64,000 nt of DNA from Psammoneis japonica (Eukaryota). Where the stretch lies: positions 327,771-391,770 of the forward strand of contig QPGO01000066.1 in NCBI GenBank assembly GCA_008632985.1. Direction: 5' to 3'. The position numbers and the translations under genes were made by a program. Each line of letters opens with the position of its first letter. The first letter of the stretch is position 1. The notes beneath the pieces are model-generated. The model saw only the letters and a list, made by a program, of their open reading frames with translations, was not told where the DNA came from and did no database searches. Positions 24,461 through 38,073 of this stretch are shown piece after piece.

Positions 24461-27400
24461 AGCCAGTTTGCAGAAGTTGGGGCACAATTCACTGAGACAA
24501 ATCAAGGGAGAGAGACTCATGTTCTGGGGATCATGGTTGTGTGCTTTTTGACTTGCACAGGAGATGGCAAACTTGATGACTCACTCACCTTGGCACACAG
24601 ATGATGCAGCCATCCTCTTCAGAGAAACACCAACCAACTCAAGTCAGCTGTTTTGGAGCGACACACAAAATCACACTTGTTGGCTGGCAAGCCCATGTTT
24701 GATCTTGTTGTGGTCTCCTTGACAAAAAAGGTCCTTGCATTCAAAGACAACCCAACCCTGAAGGAAGAGGATCCAAGATGAGGCGTCAAAACCCAAGCAC
24801 AAATGGGCAACCCTGACTGTGAATGTGTGAGGGCATCAAGCCAAGATTGTGCACTTGGAAGCCACAAGATGACACCATGGTTGAGAGACGAGCAATGTCT
24901 CAAGACTGGGCAGCCACACAAAGTTCAAAAGTGCTTGGATTGGATGGAACTTTTCACAGGCACACATGTCCTCAAGGAGCTGTGGACTGTGGCAACAAAG
25001 AAAAGTGAGCAAATCATCAGAAGCTCGGCACTCAAAGTTTCAACAAAGATTGGTGTGAATGTGCCTGAATGAAATTTAAAAATGGAAAACCAGGCTGGCT
25101 GACAAGAGCTGAGAAGCTTGTCTTGTGCCTCACAAAAGCAACACTGCAACCACCTGTCTCTGGGCTGCCAACTGCAGGCACCATGTGTGGACAAACTGGC
25201 TTGCACTCCCTCCTTGGATTGGCAGGTTTCTCTTGGAGTTCATCACTGAATTTCCTGATGTGACTGCATCCCTGCCTTCCTGATGAACAGGCCTTTTTTA
25301 AGTCAACAATGGAGGTCAGTGCATTTTCCACTGAGCGGAGCAGTCTGATTCAGGCCGCCACCTTTCACCTGGACAACTTGTCCAATGTTTCTCTTGTTGG
25401 CAGAAATGACTTCAACGAAGTTTTCTTTTGCATCAAAAAAGGTTTTGACCCAAGCAAGCTGTGTCACATTGGCAGTCGCCAGAGCTGGTGCACACAACAA
25501 TGCAGTGGCTGTTGCAGATTCAGTTTTTGCCACCATGGGGACTGACATTTTCTCCTGAGCAATTTGCAAGAGCAGCACAAATGTTTTTCATTGCACTTTG
25601 CTTGCAACGCAGTGGTGCTCAATTCTCTTCACACAATTTCTGCCAATCAACGTTGTGCATGTTGATCTTTCATTTGGGGTTTTTGCATGCAAAAGTGAGC
25701 GGCACACTGCCTTTGTCAGATGCGTTTTGTGTGGACGTTTGTCACCTGTTTGTTTTCGTTTGTTCTCAGCAATCAATCCAAACGTGTCCTTTGCTTGATT
25801 TTGATGCATGGCAATTTGACAACAACATTGCATTTGTTTTGAAACGTTGTCTTTGACAGTTGTTTTCAACAGCTCCACCTTGCACATGCCTCGCTGCAGT
25901 GGCTGGTGTGCCCTCTGCACCCAAGTCACCCCCCATGTGCACTTCCTGCCTCATTTTTCCAGCACTTCCCAGAATTTCAGTGCACAGCTCTCTGCCCAGT
26001 TTCAAGTGCACATTCCACATGTGCGGTTGTCTGTGCACTTCACAACAGTGCATCCTCTCTCCAAATTGCATTTGACCAGAGCATGTGCTGTTGTGATTCA
26101 TGCACATTCTACGTGAATCACAACTGACTTCTTGCCATGGTGGTCAGCAACTTTGCCCCACCCCATGATGAGGTTGGCCCCAACCCTTCCTTCCAATTTC
26201 CCAATGAGGTTGATTTTGATGACATGGAATGTTTTGCCAACGGCTTTGGAATGGAGTTGTTTGGTCTCAAGCTCAAAAGCATGGTTTCAACGCATGCATC
26301 CAAAAAGCAGCTCTTCTTGGAGAGGATGAAATGGACTCCCTCTCCACAATTTCTTGCTCTTCCCTTCCTTTGCCACAAGCCAAAGTTGCGTTGAATTCCA
26401 CATGTTGTGGAAGTCATCCACGCCAACAAGGTTGTCAGGAAAACTCTTGGATGCCCTGACATTTGGTCTTGCATCAAGACTCGTGGTTGGCCCCTGAAGA
26501 AATCCTGCATGCTGAAAGGTCAGTGCATTCTTTGTCATCAAAATTTGGAGGAAGCTCTCTGTTTCTCCAAACTGCCTGGAGAGACTTTTAAAGAAGAGGA
26601 GCACCATGTGCAACTTCACCGCAACATCAAAGCGATGGCAGAGTTGTTCATGCAGTCATCACCGGCGACAACCCAAATGATCCTGTTTCTGGCAAGCCTT
26701 GTTTCCATTTTTTTTGGTGCAAAAATCTCCAAGCATTGATCAACAACCGTGCACAAGACCTTCAAGGAGCATTTTTTGTCACCAAAATCGTCATGCATCA
26801 CATCCACTGCAAAGCAAATGACTTTGGCTGTTGGTTCGCGCAGATTTTTTGCCATGTCAATGCCCAAAAGGAGTGGTGCATGTTTGTTGGCAGCTTTCCA
26901 GTCACATGCAATTCTGATGACCTGGGATCCCAGATGGGTGAGATCAAGGAATTCCTCACAACGGACAAAATTGGTGACACAAAGACAACTCTGTGATGAT
27001 GGCAGGTGACTCCCTTGCCCATCGGGAGGTGTGCAAAGAAAAAATCAATTGCATGTTGAATCATGAATTTGGGAAGCGCTGTCCTGAGGAGAAACCTGGC
27101 ACACAACCCAGGCATGGCAAGTTGCTCACAATTTTTTGTTGCAGAGCACGTGGTCAGAGGGCTGGCTGCATTGATGATGACAACAAACAACAGCATCAAT
27201 CCAAAACCAAATGCAAAATCAGGAGGACCCACAAAGATGGCACCTGTTTGTGTGACGGCATGTCCCCCCCCTGTTTTTCCTTCACCTCCTGTGTGCATTT
27301 GTTGTCTCATGCATCCTTTGTCCCTGTTGTCTTGGCGCGCCCCACAAGAGCCTTGACCGTCCCCAACAAGAAGTCAAGGACCTCATCACGCTGGAACACG

Positions 27401-28429
27401 GCATGTCCTCCATTGTCTGGTGACGTGCCATCACCCAGGGAGGCATGCCGCACTCTCGCCACTGACCTTCCCACTTTGTTGGAAACCATGGATCATGCAA
27501 AATCCTGTTCTTCCCCAAAAGGTCCTCCCTCCAAGCTGCCCACCTCTTGGCCGGTTGTTGCCACAAATCTCCTGGCTGTTTTGTCTCCTCCACTGGACCC
27601 CAATGACATGTCGTGGCTGGACATGTCTGCCCTCTGCCAGTGCTTTGACCCACCCAAGTGCTGATCTGTTGCATCAGAGGAAGTTGCTGCCCATGTGTCA
27701 TGCCTTTGCATCATTGACAAGGCCGCTGACACTGAGCATGTGCTGCACCATTCCACTGCTGACTTTCACCCTGCAGACAACCTGAGGGAAAACTGGCACA
27801 TGTTTTCCAACAAAACTCCCACAAGCAATCCCGCCACTGCCTCCCATGTCAAAGCTGAGTGCCCTCCTCACCTGGATCACTGCTTGGAGAAACTCTCTGT
27901 TGCTTGACAAGCAAACTCTCTCCACAAGGGCACTTTGGTTGCCCTCGTGTGTGAATTCCCACCCTTTTGCTTTTCATTTTGTTGAAGGGTGAGTCAAATC
28001 TAAAACACGACGGATTGCTTGCAGCTGAGAAAGAAGACAGACAAAGGACCAAGTTTTGCTGTGCTGGGCAGTTGCATCATCCAAAGGAGCCCGGCTCCAC
28101 CAAATCAGCCTTGATGTTTTTGATCCTGACAAAAATTGGACGCCAACAAGTCACCCAAAATCAAGGCCATGGTGGCAGAAATTCTCAGCTTAGCTCAGCT
28201 TTGCAAAAATGAGGTCGAGCTTTGGAAGCTCAGCAACCCTCCACCAGTCAACTGGTTGCTTCGACACAACAAGAGTTCAAAAGCACTGTGTGACGAAATG
28301 GGTTGTCTGCATTTCCAACAGGAGGACATCACCATGCAGGCATTGTGCATGTCCCAGACACATGTCAGTGTTGCAATGTCATTGTTTTTGCACAGTCAAT
28401 GTTTTTTCATTGCGACAAACAAGTTGCAA

Positions 28430-30190
28430 TGCAACGGATGATTTTCGCAAAAAAAAATTGAAGATTTGCATGCTGCTGCTGTTTGAAGGCCAGCACAAAA
28501 CATTTGTGTGTGCATTTTGTGGTGTTGGTCCACTTGCACAAAAATTTCTGTGAACACATCATGAAGACTTCAGTGCCAACAAAAAGAATCATTCAAATGT
28601 TCATGCTCCAATCAAACACAAAAGCCAGAGTGCACAAGTGTTTTGATGAACAGCCTCAACACACGAAGCTTGTGCAAATTGTGTTCAAAATGGCGGATTT
28701 TGTGTGCCACCTGGGGCTGGAACACATCATGCTTTTTGCTGAAAATTTTGAAGATTCACACACCATTGATGTTTGAAGGTTGGCACAAAACATTTCTGCA
28801 CGCACTTTTTGCAGCAGTGGTCCACATGCAAAAAATTCTCTGTGATGAAAGCAGCAGTGCATGCCCAGCGTTGTTTCCACAGAAAAGTTTTGTGGCGCAT
28901 GTCCTGAAAGGGTTTGAGCACTGACAAAAAACCATTTAAATGTTTGCACTCAAATTGAGCACAAAAGCCAGAACACACAAACGAGTTGTGACACAACGGA
29001 TGATTTTCGTGCCAAAAAAATTTGAAGATTCGCGCATGATTGCTGTTTGGAGGTCAACTCAAAACATTTCTGCATGCATTTTGCAGCAGTGGTCAACACA
29101 CAAAAAATTCTCTGTGATGAAAACAGCATTGCACACCCAGTGTTGGTTCCTCAGAAAAGTTTTGTGACACATGTCCCACAAGGATTTGAGCACTGACAAA
29201 AAAAAAAAATTGAATTCTCGCACTCAAATTGATCACAAAAGCCAGAACACACAAACGAGTTGTGACACAATGGATGATTTTTGCCAAACATTTTGAAGAT
29301 TCACACACCATCACCATTTGGAGGTTGACACAAAACATTTCTGCGCTCATTTCACAGCAGAGTTGTGACACAATGGATGACTTTCACCAAAAAAATGTGA
29401 AGATTCACACACGATTGCTGTTTGGAGGTCAACACAAAACATTTCTGCACGCATTTTGCAGCAGTGATCAACATGCAAAAATTCTCTGTGATGAAAGCAG
29501 TGGCACACACCCAGCATTGTTTCCACAGAAAAGTTTTGTGACACATGTCCCATGAGGATTTGAGTGCCGGCAAAAAAGCCATTTAAATGTTCACACTGAA
29601 ATCAAGCACAAGCAAAAGCCAGAACACACAAACGAGTTGTGACACAATGGATGATTTTTGCCAAAAAAATTGAAGATTCACACACGATTGCTGTTTGGAG
29701 GTCAACACAAAACATTTCTGCATGTGTTTTGCAGTGGTGGTCAACACACACAAAAATCTCTGTGATTGAAGCAGCGGTGCATGCCCGCATTGGTTCCTCA
29801 GAAAAGTTTTGTGACACATGTCCCACGAGGATTTGAGCACTGACAAAAAAACCATTTGAATGCTCGCACACAAGTTGAGCACAAAAGCCAGAGCACACAA
29901 ACAAGTTGTGACACAATGGGTGATTTTTTCCAAAAATTTTGAAGATTCGCACACCATCACACCATTTGGAGGTTGACACAAAACATTTCTGCACGCATTT
30001 CACAGCCAAGTGGTCCGTTTGCAACAAAATCTTTGTGATGAAAGCAGCAACGCACACTCAGCATTGTTTCCACAGAAAGGTTTTGTGACACATGTCCCCA
30101 AAGGATTTGAGCACCAATGAAAAATCCATTTAAATGTTTGCACTTTAATTGAGCATGAAAGCCAGGATGCACAAGTGTTTTCAATGTGCA
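28430..30190. repeat. Degenerate tandem repeat, ~270-bp unit, about 6-7 copies
   Basis: Recurring aaagccagaacacacaaacgagttgtgacacaatggatgatttt...gaagattc...caaaacatttctgc...agaaaagttttgtgacacatgtcc near 28620, 28965, 29240, 29615, 29885 and 30160. Confidence 0.85.
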
Positions 30191-31597
30191 GCCTCAATGC
30201 GCGAAGATCTCAAAAATTGGTTTCAAAAGGGAGCATCATTTTGTGTGTCACCTGGGGCTGGAACACATCACCAATGCAGTGCTTCTTTTGTGATCCAAGC
30301 CAACAGATTTGCGCAAGTTGGCAAAGAGTTGCAAGCAGACCAGACTGCATCACACAGCAGGGTGAGTGAGTGCTTTCAGACTCCACACCTGTCATTTGTG
30401 TTCATTGCATGTGCGCCCCATTGTGGCTGTTTGTTGGGGCTCTCTGGCATTGCTGATGGTTCCTCCAGAAAGAGACACCATGATTTTTTTGGTTTTCTTG
30501 AGGCAATCCAAAAGCCCCAGAAGCTTGGTGTTGGCCAAGCACAGGGAAGGAACGCAGCAACCGCTGCTGGCATTGTTTTGTTGCCTTTTTTGTTTTTTGG
30601 GTGGGTCATTGTGGCCAAACAAAACTTCTCCCAGAGGGAAAACCAAGGGATGTTGTTGTGAACTTGCTTTGATGCAGTCAGAAACTGTGACAAACGCAAA
30701 AAGCACAACAGGGTTGTCCAGAGGGCGGACATGTGGCTGGCGACCCTTTTGCACAAGCCCAGCAACTGGGCTGCCAAACAGCACCAGCAAAGGAAGAACA
30801 AGTGGCGGGAGTTTTGCCAGCTTTCTGTGTGCAGAACAAACGGTTGTCAGGAATGGACAGGCGTCAGATGAAGCATGGACAGACCGCAAAATGTGTGGGA
30901 ACTTTCTCATAGATTCTACAAGACAAACGGGCGACAGACAGACAAATGCGACAGAAGAAGTCGATTTCCGTCGTCCCCGTGCTTTTTGTGTGGCATTCGA
31001 TGCTGACAATGGCATGCCGCCGGTGACACCATTGACTGATTTTTGTGCGACAAAACGCACTGGACATGTCGCATGGCGAGCAACAAGTGCAGATGTGTGC
31101 CCATGTTGACTCTGGATGCAGTTTGTGGTTGATTTCAGAGCATCGTTGTCAATGGCTTTTTTTGCAATTTTCTATGTGAATCACGTGTGGCAACAATGCG
31201 GGATGTTGATGACAATGGCATCATCTCGAATGATCGATCAGAGCTGTTGGACAGACACCAGTGAGCCAAATGTTGCATCAGCTGCACTCATCATGTTCAC
31301 ATTGTCACTGAAGCATGCCTGAAATCAGTGTGGACATTGTTTTCATCCCCACATGGTCGCCATTGTCGCTTGTCATGTTGTGTTGCGTTTTTGTGCGTCT
31401 CTGTTGCATTTTTCGATCCAACCTCATCTCTTTTTTAAAATTGTGCGCAGTTTCTACATGATTGTTTTGCCGGCAAAATGCCAGGAAACTGGCGTCTGAT
31501 GCCTGTTTGTTCTTTCTGCAGCTTTCTTGGACATGACTCCAAAATCCAGTGGATTGAGGGTGGGGTGGCCCTCATCAAAAATGTGAAGGCTGTCAGT

Positions 31598-31987
31598 GAC
31601 GCGTTCCAGCCCCAGGTGGGACTCCGTGTGACATTGGGCCCGTAGAATTCTACGTGCGAGCTCCGCAGTACGAGAATTTAATCAATGGATACATTTGTCT
31701 TCAACATCAAATAAACGGCCAAGTTTGTGGTACAATTATGCCTCATGCCACTCGACGTTTTTGCAAATGCGCCTGCCCTACGCGATTCTTAAGACATTGT
31801 AGAATCGCGCTGTAACAAAAAATGTCAAAAGTTGTTGGACGGATCGCTCAATAATTGCACCGTAAAATGACACAAAATATCGCAAAAATCACGTAGAAAT
31901 CTACGTGCGCGACATACGACGCGATTCAAAAAACTGTCGATGTCACAGTTCAGCAGTGCGAGGTCCCACCTAGACCTGGAACGCGTC
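31598..31987 (-). mobile_element. ~390-bp MITE, copy 2 (least mutated)
   Basis: Same TIRs as 5036-5424. TSD CAGT at 31594-31597 and 31988-31991. Retains 19 TpA sites inside a TpA desert. Confidence 0.92.
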
Positions 31988-32930
31988 CAGTGCAGCAATT
32001 CTGGTTTGGAGAACAGACATCAAATTCGACATTGCTGTCACGACAAAATTGGGCAACACAGCCTGGCACATGTCCAAGCATGCCATTGTGCAATGACAGT
32101 GCTTCCCATCAGTGCAAATGGATGCCTGGTCCCTGTCCAGGGAGGGCAGGACAAAGTGAGCACAAGTCATGTGGATCCAGTGCATGTGGCTGGCCCACCC
32201 CAGCTTCCAGCTTCAATCTTTGGGCTCTTTGCACACTGTGCCAATGTCCTTGAGTCCTCTCCATTGTTTGGGCACCAACCGCAGGACAGTCTGTGACTGC
32301 CAAGTGCCCACAAGAGGAGATTGCATGGCACCATTTGGAAGCTCCAGGCCACGCACCACTCAACTGTTCATGGTGTGTGATCCGTTGGGGGCATTTCTTC
32401 TTGTGTCTCTCTCCATCAAGTTCTTCAGATGACAGCAATTGCAGCGCAAGGTCAAACAAGACAAATGTTTGCATGTCAACCAAGATGTGAGGAAAAAACC
32501 AAGCAAGCAGTGGCCATTGGCAAAGCCATTAAACGGCTCTCCCAACTGGTGCCGTGCGGACACTGCAGGCAGTGCACCTTTCTTGCACAGCACGTGCCCA
32601 GTCATGTTCGTGAGTCACTGCGCTTGCTTGAGTGTTTGAATGTCATTTGTTTGGGAAATGTCTTTGGGCCACGTTCTTTCGACCCCAATCTGTTGAGTCA
32701 TTTTGTTCGTCAAATGTTGTGTGCTCTTGCCCTTTTGGGAGCTCTCACAATGTCGCACAGGCCACTTGGGGGACGTCTTTGGAAGTGAGACCAACGAAAA
32801 AAGTCTGTGCGCCAGTGCGTTTGGGGCACTCAGCTGCGCGCGGCAAAAAACAAAAATCACAATCAGCAGAACTTGCTGCCAACGATGACAGCAAAGGAGA
32901 TGGCTGCGACGTAAACTCCAGTTCACTGCA

Positions 32931-33953
32931 ATGTGTGTTACGCCTGTCATTCATGCTGTTGCACCAAGTGCAAGTGATGATGAGAGCACCTCATCGCCAC
33001 GTGAGGAACGTGCTTCAAATGATCCGCGCAAAGGCAGCACGCTTCCACCGCTTTCCGCCGGTGGCAACATCCCGATTCCATCGACGAAACTTCGTGACAC
33101 AAAGGTGCTTGTTGACGAATCCATGCTCGACAGTGAGCTGAAGCAAAATGGAAATCATTGGACAGATTCAAATCTTCAGGCCGTGCTCTGCAAAAAGCTC
33201 AAGGACGTGAATCCACGTGGAAAGAAAACTGCAGGCGACAGGCGGCGATTGCCCCTCTCACTCATCCTTGATGCTCGGTCTCTCCAAGACAAGCTCATTT
33301 TAGTCAACTGGTGGTTTGGTCTTTCCGTTGAAGAGAAGCAGAGGGAATTTGACAGGCTCAAGGGCATCTGTCAGCGTCCGACAGCATCAAACCAACGTGT
33401 TCCCGAGAAGAAGAAGGTCATTTTGTGTGCCGATTCTCAAGATTTGTTGGATGAGCATGTCGAGAACAGTGCAAGCGGCCAAAAGCTTTCTGGAAAGCGC
33501 CATCGTAACAGGGATGATGTGATTAAGAAGGTGCGGCATGCAATGGGAAAACCAGTTCGAAATGCTGCAGCCTGCACGGAGAGGACCGTTGCCAACACCA
33601 TGGAGTTGGTGCGCGACGTGCCGGTCACCTGCAATGTGTCGCTTGTTTTGGAGCGTCAGGTTGGAACTCCCCGCAAATCTGGGGTTGCCCCATTAGATGA
33701 AGCTCTTCTGCCATGCCCAAAGAGAATCGTCATGGGACCAAACAGCGAGAGGCTGCTGTTCGATGAAGAAACAATTGACCGCATGAAAACAGACGAGAGC
33801 ACCACCTTCTGGCTGATGGACGAGAATGACAATGAAACGCACTCGGAGAAAAAAGCTAAGAAGCAAGCTCGTGAAACGGCAAAGAACTCGATGGAAACAA
33901 GCCAAGACACTTATCATGCGTCTTGCATCGTCGACTTGGAAAATGATCTTTGA
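32931..33953 (+). pseudogene. Second ORF of the Academ-like element, unknown function
   Basis: 340-aa charged ORF inside the TIRs, convergent with the transposase, with only one Tyr. Confidence 0.5.
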
Positions 33954-34162
33954 TGACATCAACAAAAGCACCTCATGATCATTGCAAGCAATTGCCGAAG
34001 CTCCTCATGCTGTTCTCACTCGTCGCACCACTGCAGTGCTGCTGTCTAAAGATTCAGCTGTCATTGAAAGGAGCAATGTGATGCAAGCCATCGTCTGCTC
34101 TCTGCAGCATGTGCCGGTGCCAGTCAAGATGTGGCTGTTTCTGCAACAAAAACCATTGGAAT

Positions 34163-37100
34163 TCAACAAGAAGCATCTGACATGCACAATGCAACACATG
34201 CCATAGATTGTTTCAGCCACACTAAATCTTTTCTTAGAGCACAGAATGGATCCGCACGAGCGGGACACTCCCTCTGTGCACAAAACTCGTCACTTGGTGT
34301 TGCTTCGCGTCTCTCTCGTGATGTGCTCGAATCCCCCACTTCCTGCCTCAAACCTTCATTTAAAGTCGCAAGAACTTCTGGTCGGCGGCTGAATGGTGTC
34401 TTCCTCAACTGAACTGCATTGTTGACCAACCAGTTCTTGTTGACTCCTTTCAGCTTTGAAGGTGTCAACTCCATGATTGCTTTTGCTTTTTTCTTTTGAC
34501 CGCGGCTTAAATGAGGCTCGATGACAGAGAATTCTTCAAACATCTCCGCTTTGGTCCCACTCTTTTTCAACTCCTCGACGTCAGTGGATGTCCTCCTGAT
34601 TCAGAACCTCTCAATTTTGTCTGCAACTTTCTGGCCAGTTGCCGGAATCCGATCCATGCCAATGTCCTTTTCCTTCCGGAGGACTTCATTCTGACTCTCG
34701 ACATGGAATTTAATGACACAGTTGGTCCACCTTTCTACTCCAATCTTTCTTGAATCAAGCTGTCAGGAATCCAGTGGCTGGCCATCTTTCATCGATGTGA
34801 GGGTCGTGTCATTTTGTTCCTTGTTGGACAGACCCGGTTTGAAGAACTCTCCGTCAATCAGCAGACGAAACGTTTGTGAGCAAGCTTTGATTGCTCGTTT
34901 GTTCTGTGTCCAATCTGACATGGATTTCACTGCTTCCAATGGCTCATCCTCCACAAGACCAAGACGTTTGATGGCATGCTTCGAGTGTCTCTCATTCGCC
35001 TGCGTGATGCCGGCTTGGGTGGCCTCCTCGATTTTGGGTTGATGACCCCGTTTCAGTTGATTGCCAATTTTTTCTCGAATGACCCGCACATGTTTCTCTT
35101 GCACCATGTCTCACTCCACACGTTCTTCTTGTTCACTCTTGAGTGCAAAGAGATTTTCTCTCACAACTGCATTCTCCATTTCAGACCAACACACGGTTGC
35201 GTCTCGCAAGAAATCTCCAGACATCCTGGAGCAAAGCGCTCCATGCTGCACAGCCTGCAATGGCGTGCTCAATCAAACTGTGCTCAAGCAGCGATCCCAG
35301 AGATTGTTTCTGAATGAATGCTTGAAATGCCGTGTGACAAGGTGATCAAAATACATTCGTGCAACATTCATTGTTTGGGGGCTTTCTTTTGATCTCTCAA
35401 TCATCCAATCACATGCATCCACTGGCGAGGCTTGCAGCATGCCGGCATCCTTCACACACCAGCAGACTGCAGCGGGAATTGCGGCCATGGCTGCTTCCAT
35501 CCACATTTCTGGGACGGTGGGATCTGAAAAGTCAATGAGGAATGACAGATTCTTCTCCGTTGCACTTTCTCCATCTTTTCCTGTAAATTGATCGCCAATG
35601 AATGAGACACCATCTTCGTTTGAAAGATTTGCTTTTTTGAATGTGCCATTCTTCCAGTGAAAAGGGCCAGCAACAACGACCAACTTCTTACAACGGCGCG
35701 CATTTTGCATGGAATCCTCGTCCAGCATCCTGCCCATCATCTCTGCCATGGCTCCGTCTGCCAAGAAGAACACAGAATCTTCCGACATGGGCCTCTTGGT
35801 CGGCATGTCAAGATTCCCTTGCTGGAGGGCTTTCTCAAATGCTTCCATTTGGACGTCGGCTTGATGATTCAATGCATCAGCGATTCCATGCATGGCACCC
35901 CTTGATCCAAACATCACACTCTGAATTGGACAAGGATGCAGGAAGTTCTTTTTCCATGTCGTGTCGACTTCAACAGTCCTGTTGACCATGCGCTCTGAGC
36001 TGTCCTCCCAACTAGAACACAGGCATTCGACGTCGTGCTTGTTGCCAATCCGCCACAGCCGTGGGATCTTCTTGGTGGAATTGAACGAATGTGGAGGAGA
36101 GCACAGCTTGTCACACTCGTCGATTCCCCAAGGTGTCATGTCAAGGTTGCGAAGAATGGCAGCAAAATCGGACAGTGCTGCTTTCCCAATTTCATGCGTG
36201 TCATCAGCACTTGGTGAGAAAACTGATGGGATCTTTTCACGCGCACTTTCTTTCATCCATCCTTTCCAATCAGTTCGCGTGCGTTTGAGCGGAGGGTCTC
36301 GGTTGCATGGGAGCTTTGCAATGGGAGGTGCCTGCGTCAGCATCGCGGTCTGTTCAGTTGAGCCACCCTCACCATCCTTGAAGTTGACATTGTCACCAGA
36401 ATTCATTGGAGGCACATGAGTTCCAAGGTCTGCTTGTTGAGATGTTGCCTCTACCACCCTTCTAGAAACATCAAGCGAAAGCGTGTTGCGAGACTTGATC
36501 AGTCTCATGCGTGACAGAAGCTCACAAAGTTGCGTTGGTTGGCTTCCTTCTGCTTGGAACGAGAGAACATTTGCTGTGTGTCCAATGTCCTTCCTTGGAT
36601 CGACTGAACGAACAATCAAATCTTGACAGATGGCAGCAACAAATGCCTGGGATTGATGTCCGGCATTTTTCAAGTCGATGTTTTGAAACGGAACGCGACC
36701 CGTGCTCATGGCAAACAATCCTTTCCTGAGCATGCGTGAATCGACTTTCACCATGTGACGTGGCAGATCATTTGGAGTCTGCACTTCTATGGGCACATCT
36801 TCGTCACTCTCCACCAGCGTGTACGACAATGGCATTGCTGCTGAATGCAACCACAAATTCGTGTCGATGCAATTCTTTTCATCCGTTGACGTGGGAAAGA
36901 ACTCGGCATCAGCTGACAAGGCACACTGGAGCTTTTCCACAGTGAGTTGCTGATTTGAACTGTCACCTGAGAATGACACTTTGAACATTGTGTTTGCCAG
37001 CAATCCCTTTCCTGCCCAGTCTTTTTGGTCTTGGAGATCCACATCTCGCAAGTTCGTCAGCCAAACTCGAAATGCATCGAGTGTCTCGTGATGAGACACA

Positions 37101-37381
37101 TCATTGCGCTGAATTTCAACTGATTCTAGCTCACTTCTCTCTCTCTTTCCATCATCACGCGTGCGTCTTACTTCGAGTGGTGGTTGCCAAATTTGTTGAC
37201 TGCTGACGGTGCGATCACACAGAGAGCACTGAAGCGGGCGTTTTCCTCTTTCCGCCTCCAATTCTGACAGACAGCGAAGGCACAAAATGTGGTGGCAAGG
37301 CTTCAGTTCAACACGCAAGGACTTGTTGTCATCAGACATATCCAGTGAACATCGTTGACAGTACACAATTGCCTCCGTCAT
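34163..37381 (-). pseudogene. RING-finger-containing Academ-like transposase with in-frame TGA stops
   Basis: RING pattern CQRC...PCHHILCLRC...CSLC. Motifs SGDNVNF, FLADG, AGPFHW and DMVQE. ORFs 35273-37522, 34763-35107 and 34163-34570 share one frame. Confidence 0.7.
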
Positions 37382-38073
37382 CGTCAAAGACACCGGCAGA
37401 TTTCCATGGTGTGATGTGGGATCAAGATTCAAGATGTCAAATCTGGCGCCAGCTGAACACCCCAAACGCACTGGCGTACAGACTTTTTTCGTCGGTCTCA
37501 CTTCCAAAGACGTCCCCCACACTACCGTACTCTAGAGACTCGATTGTCGGACGAGATACCGGTAGATTCAGAATTCAGAAGAAACAAAGTGACACAAGAA
37601 CAAAGATAACACGAAAAGCCATTGTGTAAGTCTTGTCTTTCACGATGACCCATGTCGATGATTCTAATCCGTTAGTTTGCTGTGGCTTTTTCCTGGAATC
37701 GCAATCTCGCCTGCCGTTGCCATAACCGAAATGCGTGGATTGAAGAGTGACAGGCTTCTCATTCGGCATTTTTGAGTGTCAGTGATCTGTCTGTTTGTGA
37801 TGATGGGACTTGACAGCTTGTCTGTTTTAATTAGCAGTTCTTAGCTTGTTGGAAATCACCACTTTCATTGCAGAAATGCAGCTCTCGGTCGGTTGGGGAT
37901 AGATGCTCAAACACAAGGACTCACCTCCTGTTCCATTTTGACGAACGCCAATCATAGGAGAAGAAAAAGTCTCGCATCTTCCGTCTCGGCGAAAGGAATT
38001 TCAATCAAAGACGCCAAGCATCAAGAAAATCCCTTGAATTCCCTTGCGATTATTTAGTACACAAGCTTCCAAT

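Larger units (their letters stand above)
32767..37519 (-). mobile_element. 4.75-kb TIR DNA transposon, Academ-like
   Basis: ~70-bp TIRs (TGGGGGACGTCTTTGGAAGTGAGACC...) with a 4-bp TSD CACT at 32763-32766 and 37520-37523. Encodes a DDE-type transposase remnant. Confidence 0.8.

Noticed and set aside
24500..27900. Possible degenerate minus-strand coding region (tyrosine recombinase or polymerase?)
   Set aside because: Protein-like fragments are present, but no motif set could be assigned with confidence.
12400..37300. Alternative genetic code, or natively Tyr-free proteins
   Set aside because: Non-coding repeats show the same change, adjacent genes use Tyr normally, and the affected ORFs carry stops and frameshifts.
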